In this document: piece after piece, positions 26,801-40,000 of the stretch
Layout of the letters: the number at the start of each line of letters is the position of its first letter
How positions within the stretch are numbered: position 1 is the stretch's first letter
Source of the DNA: Monocercomonoides exilis PA203
Taxonomy: Eukaryota; Protista; Preaxostyla
Reading direction: 5' to 3'
NCBI GenBank assembly: GCA_001643675.2
Contig: LSRY02000009.1
Span: 434,001-498,000, forward strand
Length of the DNA: 64,000 nt
Notes under the pieces: model-generated
The model's database searches: none
What the model was told of the DNA's origin: nothing
What the model saw: the letters and a program-made list of their open reading frames with translations, nothing else
Position numbers and translations under genes: made by a program

Positions 26801-28130
26801 GTTCATTGGCAAAAGAGAAGAATTAAAAGAAGAAGAAGAAGAAGAGGAGGAGGAGGGAGATGAAGAGGAAGAGGAGGAGGAAGAAGAAGATTTTGAATCT
26901 GTCTGAGACAAAGATGGACGAGCAATTGTTGCATTTAGTGAAGGTGTGAAAGATGATCTGCTTGAGATTGTAGTTGAAAAGGAAGCAGATGCTGAGGATG
27001 AGGAGGAAAAATCAGATAAGATAACGCAACATCACAGAAATAAATGAATAAATGAATGAAAAATTTAATAAATAAACAAATAAACAGAATGCTACAAAAA
27101 TAAAGATTGTAAAGATAAGCAATACCTGTTTTTTGTACTTCTTCTTTTCCTTCTTTACGAAACCCTTCTTCTTTTTCTTTTTCTTTTTCTTCTTCTTCTT
27201 TGAACTCTTCTCCAAACATTCTTTTCATCCTCTCCTTCTCAATCTCTTTCATCTCTTCCACATCTTTCTCCAGTTGCTGTGGAATCTTACCCCCAAACTC
27301 CATCACAAAACACACTTCTTCTATTGTTTCTCCTCCTTCTTTTCCTTCTCTTTCTCCTTCTCTTTCTCCTTCTCTTTCTCTCCCACTCATCCTATTCTTA
27401 TCAGGACTCATATCCACAGCCACAACCACTGCCAGCTCCTTTTCCTTCGCCACAAACACATTTGTCGCCACAAATCGTGTGTTGCAATGGAATTTGAACA
27501 GATCTTCACTTTCATTCGCAACAGACACCACAAAATCACCATCAATAGCAAGAAATAGGCTTTTATCAGAAGCAATAATAGAAGAGAATGAGAGAGAAGA
27601 AGAAGAAGGAGGAAGAGAAGAAGAACTCGAAGAAATATTTTCTTCTCTTTTCACAGGGATGACTGAATCATAAAGTTGAGTGCCCAGTTGAGAGATGCAG
27701 ATGTGCAGTGAGTGGCTGCTGGTAATCAGAGAAAGAAGAGGAGATTGTGTGTGTTGGGAGATGATTGTGGTGGATGAGGGTGTTTTGTTTGTTTGAGGAG
27801 AAGAAGAAGAAGAAGAAGAAGAAGAAGAAGAGGTAGAGGAGGAGGAGGAAGAGGAAGAAGAAGAAGATGATGATAATGATGATATTAGTGAAGAAATACT
27901 GATTGATGTGAGCTTCAATGTTTGTGTGAATGGGAAGGTTGTTGGGAAATGGAGGGAACGCTCAAAATTGGACAAGTACAGTCGAAGAGATGGAAGAAGC
28001 TGAATAACAATTATAATAAAGATTAAAAGATGTTTATGAAAAATATAGAAATTTTGAAATGGTAATAAAATTTAAAGATAATAGATTTGCAATAAAAAAT
28101 TAGCAACAAAATTAAAAAAAAATTCTCTTC

Positions 28131-28166
<36 letters not shown>

Positions 28167-28997
28167 CACAAACCGGATCACTTTCACTTTGATCAGAATG
28201 AATTTTGCTTGGATTAACGTAAAACTTATGCAGCTTCATGTATTTCTCGGCCAGCGCTTCTTCATTCAGAAACAACAATGCAGCACTTACCATCATTGCT
28301 CCGACAGACTTCGAAAGTTTGAGTCACCATCATTCAAATATTGAAAGAAAGCAAAATTAGTTCGGCTCATTCAATAAATGAAAAAAAAAAACCTGCCCGC
28401 AATCTCCAAGAATGGCCATCATATTCTGCTCGTCTGCAGATAACCATTGCTCCTAAAATGAAGAAGAAAAATTATCATTTTAATACAAAATTGAATTTAC
28501 AAACACAATCAAAGCAAAAGGCTCCAATTTCATTAAAATTGAGATGCCCATTTGCATAAACAGGAAAATATGAACATTCTGCTTTCAAAGAACTGTATTC
28601 ATCTTTTGCATCTGCTTCACAAGAACTTTTTATTAAAAATTTCAATAAAACTTTGGAAAAACAAAATATCACAAACAGTGAGTAAAAGTGCAGTCTTTCA
28701 GCTTTGAATGCAGAGAAATAATTATTAATATCTCTAACATGTTTTTTAATATTTTGTGTTGCAGAAATTGTTGGAAAATGAACAAAGAAGATTCTGCATA
28801 ACGAAACAGAATAATAAAACGCTTCAAAAGAATTTTCGAAAAGAAAACCTTGGCTTAACTTCTAAAATTTTCCAAAAAAGCAAAATATAAAATGAATTAA
28901 TCACTGGATTTGACAAACTAGTGAAAGAAACGTTTTGACGAATTCTTTCGTTCACAAAACCAAATATATCCCCAATTTTTGGTTGACTTATTGTCAT
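23900..28997 (-). CDS. PTEN-like pseudophosphatase + tensin-type C2 + Ser-rich linker + CLASP/crescerin-type TOG domain (about 1496 aa, 8 exons)
   Basis: Exons 28997-28919, 28861-28849, 28793-28677, 28625-28505, 28452-28393, 28308-28174, 27999-27126 and 26991-23900; all junctions GT-AG and in frame. The N-terminus aligns by eye to PTEN (FCFDCEQWLSADEQNMMAI, AMMVSAALL, PSLRLYLSNF, IDGDFVV, LFKFHCNTRFV). The C-terminus has TOG/HEAT motifs (EQWMDQ, VESLRSTLSRGAL, SRFIE, HKAAAVR, GVTDASPDCREDGR). Confidence 0.8.
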
Positions 28998-29211
28998 TCG
29001 AAATTGTTAAGAATATGAGTTGAGTTATAATTTAAATTTGCTTGAAATTGTTATTCAAAAATTAATAACGTTTTTATGAATCTTTATGATGAAATAAATA
29101 TTGATCCAGTCCCCAATTTGAATTTATTTTGTTTTTATTAAATAAAACGTTATTCACGGTAGAAACGAAGTGCATCGTTATATTAAAATAAAGAGAGCTT
29201 AACATAGAATT
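28998..29211. promoter_or_regulatory. Putative bidirectional promoter region (214 bp) between divergent genes
   Basis: Inferred from head-to-head ATGs at 28997 (-) and 29212 (+); AT-rich, no specific motif identified. Confidence 0.45.
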
Positions 29212-31684
29212 ATGCAAGTGAGGCCAAAAGTTCAGGCAGTTCCAAAGCAGTTATATCGTAGTTAGTTGAGTGTTTTTATTTTAGTTGCAATACAAATTCA
29301 TTTATAATTGTTTTTTAAAATTTATGTTAGTAATTCCTCGCACAACTTTACCAACTTCACGCTCAAGATTACCTATGAATCGAACTATATCGCTCACTCC
29401 TCGACAGCTGTTTGAGCCAGTTGACAAGAATGATGGACAAGTTTTCATTCCTCATTATCGCTTAGCAAGTACGTATCCAACCATTTCATCGAGAAACAGA
29501 ATGACAAATAGCTCATCACATACAGAATCAAAGATACCCAATAAATCAACTTTTAGAGATGAAAAACAGCAAAGTCAATCTCAAAGATTTAGTATTGAAA
29601 GAAAAAAGTTATCTGTGGATTCCATAAATCATCATTTGTCTTATACAGGAATTCATGAGCGCAAGGAACTGAATGGTCAATATTCTCGTTCGAAAATGGG
29701 CATTATAAAGCCGAAAGCTCGAATACCAATTCTTTCAACCGATACTACATTTTCACCAAAGCAATCTCCAAGCCAATCACCCCGCAATTCACCTGGTCTT
29801 CGAGATAACAGTTTGAGTGCATTACAAGTCCATCGAATTGACAAACAGCAGTCTGCATCTTTAACTCAACTAATTAAGCCAAAGCAAGAAAACAAAGCCA
29901 AAGATATTGTCGAATCACAAAGTGTTATTTCAAAGCAAACTATCGAAAATGAATTGAAAGCGTGTGCCGACTCTTCTCGTTTGTTGATGAAGGATCTGTT
30001 AGATGGTTTAGACAATTCGATCTCAGCTATTGATCTTCTGAAACAACTCAGAGAGAAAGAGAACATAAAAAAAGAAGAAGAAAATGAAAAGAGCAACGAA
30101 AGAACTTCGGCCTTTACTGTATTTGCTATTCACGAAGAAAAAAGAAAAAGTGAAGAAACAATTGAAGAAGGAAATAAGGAGAGCGAAACAAAATTGAATA
30201 AAACTGAAATTGAAAAAGATGATGAAAAAAAGAAAGAAAAAGAAGAAAAAGAAAAAGAAAAAGAAGAAATGAACGAAAAAGAGGAAGCAGAATTTGTGTC
30301 TATGCTTGATGCATTGACGTTTGAAACGCAGAAGCTGTTTTCGCGTGTTGAAGAGCTTGAGATCGCAAAAACAGCAAATGATGAAAAAATAATGAAAATG
30401 AGGCAAAAAATTGTTGAGAGGCAAAATGAGATTTCTGAAGAGACAAAGGCAATTGACAACATAATGGCACAATTGGATGTATGTGCTTGTGATTTGATTC
30501 TTCTTTTTCTTCTTATTTTATTTTATTATTATTATTATTTTATTTATTCTTCAACTTTTCTCAACGAATAATGACAAATTCTTCTTCTTCTTCTTCTTCT
30601 TCTTCTATTTTCTTTCTTTCTTTCTTTCTTTCTTTCCATTTTTATTATATTTAACTTTCATATTTTTGCTTTGTCTCATTCTCCATTCAGTCACTTCCGC
30701 TGATTCTGCAGCAGCTCCAGATGAATGTCAAAGGAATGCTCGATGCACAAGCAGCACTTTCACTTAGCCAACAAACTGAACTGCCGATAGACATAGGACA
30801 AACTTCTAACAATTCTCAGAGGAATACTTCAAGTCAAGTTGAGTGCGAGAAGTTATCAGTTTCGCCAAAGTCATCATCATCATCATCATCTTCTTCTTCT
30901 TCTTCTTCCACTTCTTCTGCTGCTTCGACTTCTTCTTTATCATCGTCACTATCTTCATCTTCCTCCTCTTCCTCCTCCTCTTCTTCTTTGAAATCTTCTT
31001 CTTCTTCTTCTTCTTCTCAATTGCAATCTACTCAACCAATAACACATCAATCTTCTCTTCGTTCTTCGCAAAGAGCTTCTACAAAATCGATTGGCAGTCA
31101 AATAGAAGCAGCTGAAAGAGAAGCAAAAGGAACAAAAGGAATGAAAGAAAGCAGCAAAACACCAAAAATAAAGATTACTATTGTTCCGTCATCAAAAGAT
31201 ATTCAAAATAAGAAGAAGAAGAAGAAGAAAAAGAAGAAAAAGAAAATGAATGAAGCATCAGAAAGTTTATTGGAATCGACTTTGTCTTCATTACAATCTG
31301 ATGAGTTGTCTGTGGAATCATCTCAATTTTCAACTCCTCCAAACACAAACAATGTGAATATCTCTTCTTCTTCTTCTTCTTCTTCTTCTTCTTCTTCTTC
31401 TTCTTCTTCTTCTTCTTCTTCTTCTTCTTCTTCTTCTTCTTCTTCTTCTTCTTCTTCTTCTTCTTCTTCTCCTAATTCTTCTTCTTCCAAATCAACACCT
31501 TCTTCTTCCTTCTCTTCATCATCATCTTCTTCCTCAACTTTTTCTTCTTCTTTGAGTAATTCGATGAATTCGTTTAATTCATCTGACTCATCCACCCTCA
31601 GCACACCCCACAATCTTCATTCAATTTCTCCTCCATTCAAATCACACAGCACTTCACTCCAGAATATTTCATCAACTTCTTCTT

Positions 31685-31741
<57 letters not shown>

Positions 31742-33288
31742 CTTCTTCTTCTCTTTCTCTTCCAAATGAAGAATTCTATCAACAATCAGAAACAGAAAAG
31801 ACTAAAAATCAATCAGGAAAGGAAGGAAAGGAAAGAAAACAGTCAAAGGGGGAAAGTTCAACTGCAATGGAACGGGCAGATTCTGCAGCAGGCTCAGCAG
31901 AAATCGCTGTTGAGGAGACAGATCTGCTGGAAACACACCAGAAGCAGCTGAATTTATCGGTTCTTTCACAGAAAAGCGTGGAAGAAGAAGAAGAAGAAGA
32001 AGAAGAAGAAGAAAAGAAAGACAGAACTGACATTGATTCCAAAGAGAAAATTGAACCAGTTGTTGGAATGAGCGTTGAAATCCAGCCAATTATTGAAGAA
32101 AAACCAAGTTTTGCAATGATAGATAATCTTCCTTTGCATTCATTTCAGCAAGTTCAGTTAGAAAAAGGTTCTTCTTCTTCTGAAGAACAACAATCACCTC
32201 TTCTTTCTTCGTCACTTGCAAACAATAACAATGAATCATCTTATTTCTTATCCAAAACACATTTCACTTCCACAGCAGCATCTTCTCTGTGTGACTTGTC
32301 TCTTTCTCCTTCTCCTTCTCCTTCTTCTTCCAATCTCGTTTGTGAATCTTCTGATTGTGACATTAGTTCTATTGATGCCTTGTCCTCTCCTATGATTGCG
32401 TTATCTTCATCATATTTTTCATCATCATCATCATCATCATCTTCTTCTTCTTCTTCCAATCTTTCCAATTCTTTTGAACAAAGCTCCCTCTGCTCTCAAA
32501 CAGATCTTCCTCTTTCGTCTTCTTTTTCCCCAATCAAACCAAAACTGCTTACAACTTCTTTCTCTGAGCTGCTGAAGCTCCAAGCAATGAGCCATTCATC
32601 AACTGCTGCAGAAGTATCAGCCGTTTCATCCCCTTCCATTTCTCCTCTTTCTCCTCCCTCTTCACTTTCTTCTCTTCCTTCTCTTCCTCTTCATTCCAAC
32701 CAATCTCATCCTTCTCCATCTCCTCTTTCGATATCAAACTCTTCTTCTTCTTCTTCTTCTTCTTCTTCTTCTTCTTCTTCTTCTCTTTCTCCTCCTCCTC
32801 CTCAACAACAACAACAACAACAACAGAACTCTCTCAGAGCCAGCCAGCGCTTGGCACATGTTCCACCTCCTCTGCAGCTTCCGTCTTCTCCTCGGTGTGT
32901 TGGACTCAGCGACCTGGAAATTGACTCATGGCGGTTCGAAGGCATCTCTCCAAAGGAAAATGAATGCGATGAATATGATGACAGAGATGAATGTTATGGA
33001 GATGAATGCAATGATGGAGATGAATATGATGATATATATGATTATAATGAATTGAGACGAAATACCATTGGAAAACGTGGGAGAACTGGGATTGCTTTAG
33101 AAGAAGATGCAGAGAAAGGAGAAAGTGCTGGATGCAGCAGATGGATGAAGAATAAAGAGAAGAAAGAGAACAGAACTGAAGGAATATCAGAAGAAGAAGA
33201 AGAAGAAGAAGAAGAAGAAGAAGAAGAAGAAGAAGAAGAGAACTATGAGAATAAAGATGAGCTGAATGAATTTATGATATTTGAATAG
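29212..33288 (+). CDS. Coiled-coil, Ser/Glu-rich low-complexity protein of unknown function (about 1264 aa)
   Basis: ATG 29212; introns 29261 (or 29258)-29330 and 30479-30690 join the 29285 and 30721 ORFs in frame. Heptad-like segments at about 29950-30750; the rest looks disordered. Confidence 0.75.
31363..31470 (+). repeat. (TCT)36 coding microsatellite (poly-Ser)
   Basis: Uninterrupted TCT run inside the CDS; the longest of many in the window. Confidence 0.95.
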
Positions 33289-34051
33289 ACAAATAGATTG
33301 AGTTCTTTTCAGATGCATTTGTCTTTCTATGAAAATTACATTATTATTTCATAGTTATATCATTATTTTTCATTATTTTTCATTATTTGTGTTTTAGCTT
33401 ATTTTCGTTTGTTTGTTAAATGCGTGCATTTTAAATATTTATTTCTTAATTTTAATTATATTTCTTTTTCAAACCTTACATATATTTGTTATTTTGAGTT
33501 GTCAATGCAGATTGCCAACGTAACAACAGAACCAGAAAACGTTTCCATGAAAATCCAGTTGAACGGTATTCTCTTTCAATTTAAATAAAGAAAAGAAAAA
33601 CAATAAAATCAGGATTTATAAAGCTTTATTCAAAAACAAAACAACGAAAAGTTGATTGAAATTTTACTCGCAAAGTCTTCTTGATTCTCTATGTGCATTA
33701 CAGAAAAGAAAGCGAAGAAGGAAGATAAAAATAAAGGAGATTATTTTTCGTTTTGATTGCATTGAGAAGAAGGAATGACCAGCAATGTTACTGCTTCCAT
33801 AAAAAACAATGAAAAAAAACAGTTCTCCCTCCAAGCCAAAAAACTGGCAATAGAAAAGAAAGAGAAATTGACAAAATAAATAAAAAATGGGAAAAATAAC
33901 TCATCTTGAACGTCTTGGACATACATATACATTTTATGTGATATTTTGTAATTTTTATTAACAAATAATTTTCAATCTTATTCCCATAAATAATTAAAAT
34001 CATTGTTCTGGGAATTTTTTTTCCGTTTCTAACTTATCGTAAATATTACTT

Positions 34052-37000
34052 ATGTTACATTTTTGCATAAGTTTTATCTATTTTTTGTTTGCCTTTGAAA
34101 GTTGCTTATGCGAATTTACCACTCTCACTGCGACTTTCTATTCCCAGGCATTATTATTTAGCGTTGATAATTCAACCTTGAGATTACATAAGCTGTCATT
34201 TTTAACGAAGAAAAATGAAAGTATTGCATTCTTCAAGAAAAATACATTTGCGGAGCTTGTTAATTGCTTTCTTGCTCCTTCTTCATTGGAAGTTAACAGT
34301 CCATTTTTAACTCTTGACGGAACCTCACATTTCTACAATTTTACAATCTTAACAACGCAAACTCAAACTGTTTGCACGCCTATTTTAAGTGAGCTTTGCT
34401 CAAATTCTGAAAAAAAATCTTTCGCTGGAAGTTCAGCGTCATTTTTAAATTCAAAATTTTCTTCGTTAACAATTGCATCTCCATGCTCCTTACTTTCATG
34501 CTATGCAGTTAATTCGGTTAGTATATTTCATTGCGTATTTAGGAATATTAGTTCTTCTACGAATCATTATGTAAATGAAGATTCTTCTCGCTTTGTTTCA
34601 ATGAGCAGTTGCATTTTTTCTGCTGTTGAAAATCCATTTTATCATACAATTATTGATTCCCGATTTTCGGAACAGTTAAGAGTTTCCAATTCATCTTTCG
34701 AACGATGTACTGTACTTTATCAAAACCGCACGTACTTGTCAGGAGGAACAAAGTCATTTCGGGATATCACCTTTTCATTTGACGGAGGCAGCAATCAAGG
34801 TGGAGCACTTTGTGCAAAAGGTAGTTCTGATGTTACAATTAGTAATTGTTCGTTCGATAAGTGCAAAGTTACCGGAGACCAAAATAATACTGGAAGAGGA
34901 GGTGCTTTATTTTGCGAAAATGGAAAATGTGTCGTTTCTGAATCAAATTTTACTAATTGCACAGGGAGCTATGCAGATGGAGCTGTTTCTTTTTGGTTTG
35001 GAACAAAGCGCATTCTGCATAAATGTCGAATTGTTGAATGTAGCGGACCACAGCACTTTGGAGGAATGAATTTCGAACAAGCACCTGAAAACGAGTCTCA
35101 GATTTCAGAATGTGAATATTCAAAATGCTCGTGCAGCATCGATGGTGATTCTTGCAAAGGATGCGGAGGCGCCTTGGGAATTGTTAATCCACCTCCACAT
35201 CTATTCATAACTGGCACCACATTCCAAAACAACAAGGCTGTGAGACACGGAGGTGCAATCATGTGCTTTTTGGCTTTATCAGGTTCTTCATTTCGATGTC
35301 GTTTTCTGTTTTTCAGTAACAATTCAGGACGGAGTCAAGGAGGAAGTGATATTTACACAGATAATAATTTTGCTGGAAAGTTGGATTCTACTCAATTTGA
35401 AACATGCTATTCGTTTTCTGCTTCTCCTCGCTTTGTTTACTGTGACAGCAGTGGAAAATATGATACTGATGCTAACAAACCTAATTGGCTGCCAACTCCG
35501 AGTTTTCCAGACCTTTATGTGAAGAATGGAGGGCATGACACAAATGATTGCGGTAATTCCACAAGTAGCAAGGAATGTCTCACATTAAAATTTTCAATAA
35601 CGCGCTGGACGCCAATATTCAACCAGAAGATTATTGTGAATGGAGGAACTTACACTGAGACCTCACTGGACATCTCAGACAGAGTGATAGTAGCAGACTC
35701 CCAAACGTCAATTCCAAAGATTGTCTCAAAAATTAGCTCAGGAACATTTTGTACAATCACAAACGGATCATTTTCCGCTTCAAATTTAATTTTTGTGCAT
35801 AACTCGTCAACTTCTTCAAATGCGATATTGTTTTCGATAAGCGAAGCAGATGGAGTGCTGAAGCTGATCAAGAGCACAGTGACAGCCGAAAGCGGACAAG
35901 GCACTTCCTTTTCTAAGTCGCTTTTTGTGATTGACGATGGACATTTAATCCTCGACCAGACAACCATCACAGCAATTAAAACATCGAAACCTGTTTTGTC
36001 TCTTATTTCTCCGAGGGAATTTACTACAACGCAGACAACGTTTTCTCAAATCAGTCGAACAAACGGGAATGGCAGCATCATCGAAGTCACGCTGGAGACA
36101 GGGAAAACTCTGTCATTGGTTAACTTTTCTCTTACTGAATGCAGCTGCAGCGAAGGAAATGGAGGAGGAATGTGGGTTTATATGAAAGCTGGCTCATCTT
36201 TCAGCCTGGGAAATGCCACTGGTGCGTCTGTTTCTGGCAGAGAGTCCAATGCGAATGAGGTCATGGGCTTCACATCGTGTGCAGCGAACAGCGGATCGCA
36301 GCCGAAATATGGTTGCGGTGGAGGAGTGTTTCTGTATCTGGAGAATGGAGCGACAGACTTTATATTCAAAGATGTGTCGTTCAGTTCATGCACTGCAGAA
36401 AGTGGGACAGATATTTTTATTAATGCGAATGATCTGTCGACAGTTATCAGCACCGCCACGATTGGGCATGGGCCGGAGTTGACGAATCTGACTGCGCTGA
36501 ATGGGTATGAGAGGGGGACGATCAACGAGGAGTATGCGATTCCGCTTGTGGTGTATCTGTGGAGCAACTTTTCTGCGCCTGCGAAAGTGGGGCCGAACGG
36601 GCACGACTTTTCGAGGTGTGGGTTTTCTGAGGCGTCGTGCAAGACAGTGGCGAAGGCGAAGAGCCTGAGGTTCCCGTCTGTGGACTGCAGTGTGGAGCTG
36701 ATGCCTTCGTTTGAGTTTAGTGAGACACTGGCGCTGTCAGGCAACAAATGGAGCATTGGGTGTGCATTGGCTGGGACAGTGATTTCAGTTACGAGCGATG
36801 CCGCAAGAACACAGGCATATCTGGTTGAGGCGTCGGTTGAGACGACATTCACGAACATAACGTTTGCACTTCCGGGCACTTTGGGAGGGAGTGTGAGCCA
36901 TTTTGTGTCTGTTGCATCAGGCACGACGACATTTGCGAGCTGTGGGATTTCGATGCAGAGCGGGGTGAGTTCGCTTGGGTTCACTCCGATTTGTGTTTCA

Positions 37001-40000
37001 GCGGGGAAGCTGGTTGTTCGCGGGATGAGTGTGTCGAGTGTTGATTTTGGTTCGAGCTCTTTGCTGGTTGACGAAGGGAGCACCCTTGGGACAGAGGTGG
37101 ATGGGCTGACGCTGACAGATGTGGCTTCGACGACGTCTGTTCTTGATCTTCAGGGGAGTTATTCTGTTGTTCTGAAGAATGTTGAGCAGTCGTATCCGAG
37201 TGGAGGAGGCAGCACGGTTTTGCTGCCTGGGACGATCACAGGGAAGATTGAGATGTACAGCAGCGCGATAAGCGGGATGGAGAGGACAACAGAGAAAGGA
37301 GGAGGTGTTGAGTGCGTTCTGTCGAGCGGAGCAGATATGGGCATCTACGGGTGCAAGATGAGCAACTGCAAGGTGACAGGGGGAAGCGGGGGAGGGATGT
37401 ATATCCAGATGAGCAGTGGTGCGAAGTTTAGCATTGGGAATGGGAGTGCGTCGAGTGCAGCAGGGCAGTCGAATGCAGCAGGAGAAAGGAGTGTTCAGTT
37501 TGTTTCGTGCTCGGCCGTGAAGAAGGCAGACAACACGCTTGGGCTTGGAGGAGGAGTGTTTCTGTATCTGGAGAATGGAGCGACAGACTTTATATTCAAA
37601 GATGTGTCGTTCAGTTCATGCACTGCAGAAAGTGGGACAGATATTTTTATTAATGCGAATGATCTGTCGACAGTTATCAGCACCGCCACGATTGGGCATG
37701 GGCCGGAGTTGACGAATCTGACTGCGCTGAATGGGTATGAGAGGGGGACGATCAACGAGGAGTATGCGATTCCGCTTGTGGTGTATCTGTGGAGCAACTT
37801 TTCTGCGCCTGCGAAAGTGGGGCCGAACGGGCACGACTTTTCGAGGTGTGGGTTTTCTGAGGCGTCGTGCAAGACAGTGGCGAAGGCGAAGAGCCTGAGG
37901 TTCCCGTCTGTGGACTGCAGTGTGGAGCTGATGCCTTCGTTTGAGTTTAGTGAGACACTGGCGCTGTCAGGCAACAAATGGAGCATTGGGTGTGCATTGG
38001 CTGGGACAGTGATTTCAGTTACGAGCGATGCCGCAAGAACACAGGCATATCTGGTTGAGGCGTCGGTTGAGACGACATTCACGAACATAACGTTTGCACT
38101 TCCGGGCACTTTGGGAGGGAGTGTGAGCCATTTTGTGTCTGTTGCATCAGGCACGACGACATTTGCGAGCTGTGGGATTTCGATGCAGAGCGGGGTGAGT
38201 TCGCTTGGGTTCACTCCGATTTGTGTTTCAGCGGGGAAGCTGGTTGTTCGCGGGATGAGTGTGTCGAGTGTTGATTTTGGTTCGAGCTCTTTGCTGGTTG
38301 ACGAAGGGAGCACCCTTGGGACAGAGGTGGATGGGCTGACGCTGACAGATGTGGCTTCGACGACGTCTGTTCTTGATCTTCAGGGGAGTTATTCTGTTGT
38401 TCTGAAGAATGTTGAGCAGTCGTATCCGAGTGGAGGAGGCAGCACGGTTTTGCTGCCTGGGACGATCACAGGGAAGATTGAGATGTACAGCAGCGCGATA
38501 AGCGGGATGGAGAGGACAACAGAGAAAGGAGGAGGTGTTGAGTGCGTTCTGTCGAGCGGAGCAGATATGGGCATCTACGGGTGCAAGATGAGCAACTGCA
38601 AGGTGACAGGGGGAAGCGGGGGAGGGATGTATATCCAGATGAGCAGTGGTGCGAAGTTTAGCATTGGGAATGGGAGTGCGTCGAGTGCAGCAGGGCAGTC
38701 GAATGCAGCAGGAGAAAGGAGTGTTCAGTTTGTTTCGTGCTCGGCCGTGAAGAAGGCAGACAACACGCTTGGGCTTGGAGGAGGAGTGTTTCTGTATCTG
38801 GAGAATGGAGCGACAGACTTTATATTCAAAGATGTGTCGTTCAGTTCATGCACTGCAGAAAGTGGGACAGATATTTTTATTAATGCGAATGATCTGTCGA
38901 CAGTTATCAGCACCGCCACGATTGGGCATGGGCCGGAGTTGACGAATCTGACTGCGCTGAATGGGTATGAGAGGGGGACGATCAACGAGGAGTATGCGAT
39001 TCCGCTTGTGGTGTATCTGTGGAGCAACTTTTCTGCGCCTGCGAAAGTGGGGCCGAACGGGCACGACTTTTCGAGGTGTGGGTTTTCTGAGGCGTCGTGC
39101 AAGACAGTGGCGAAGGCGAAGAGCCTGAGGTTCCCGTCTGTGGACTGCAGTGTGGAGCTGATGCCTTCGTTTGAGTTTAGTGAGACACTGGCGCTGTCAG
39201 GCAACAAATGGAGCATTGGGTGTGCATTGGCTGGGACAGTGATTTCAGTTACGAGCGATGCCGCAAGAACACAGGCATATCTGGTTGAGGCGTCGGTTGA
39301 GACGACATTCACGAACATAACGTTTGCACTTCCGGGCACTTTGGGAGGGAGTGTGAGCCATTTTGTGTCTGTTGCATCAGGCACGACGACATTTGCGAGC
39401 TGTGGGATTTCGATGCAGAGCGGGGTGAGTTCGCTTGGGTTCACTCCGATTTGTGTTTCAGCGGGGAAGCTGGTTGTTCGCGGGATGAGTGTGTCGAGTG
39501 TTGATTTTGGTTCGAGCTCTTTGCTGGTTGACGAAGGGAGCACCCTTGGGACAGAGGTGGATGGGCTGACGCTGACAGATGTGGCTTCGACGACGTCTGT
39601 TCTTGATCTTCAGGGGAGTTATTCTGTTGTTCTGAAGAATGTTGAGCAGTCGTATCCGAGTGGAGGAGGCAGCACGGTTTTGCTGCCTGGGACGATCACA
39701 GGGAAGATTGAGATGTACAGCAGCGCGATAAGCGGGATGGAGAGGACAACAGAGAAAGGAGGAGGTGTTGAGTGCGTTCTGTCGAGCGGAGCAGATATGG
39801 GCATCTACGGGTGCAAGATGAGCAACTGCAAGGTGACAGGGGGAAGCGGGGGAGGGATGTATATCCAGATGAGCAGTGGTGCGAAGTTTAGCATTGGGAA
39901 TGGGAGTGCGTCGAGTGCAGCAGGGCAGTCGAATGCAGCAGGAGAAAGGAGTGTTCAGTTTGTTTCGTGCTCGGCCGTGAAGAAGGCAGACAACACGCTT

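Noticed and set aside
24204-27673. Poly-Glu/Lys plus-strand ORFs
   Set aside because: Antisense reading of the TCT-rich, poly-Ser-coding minus-strand gene.
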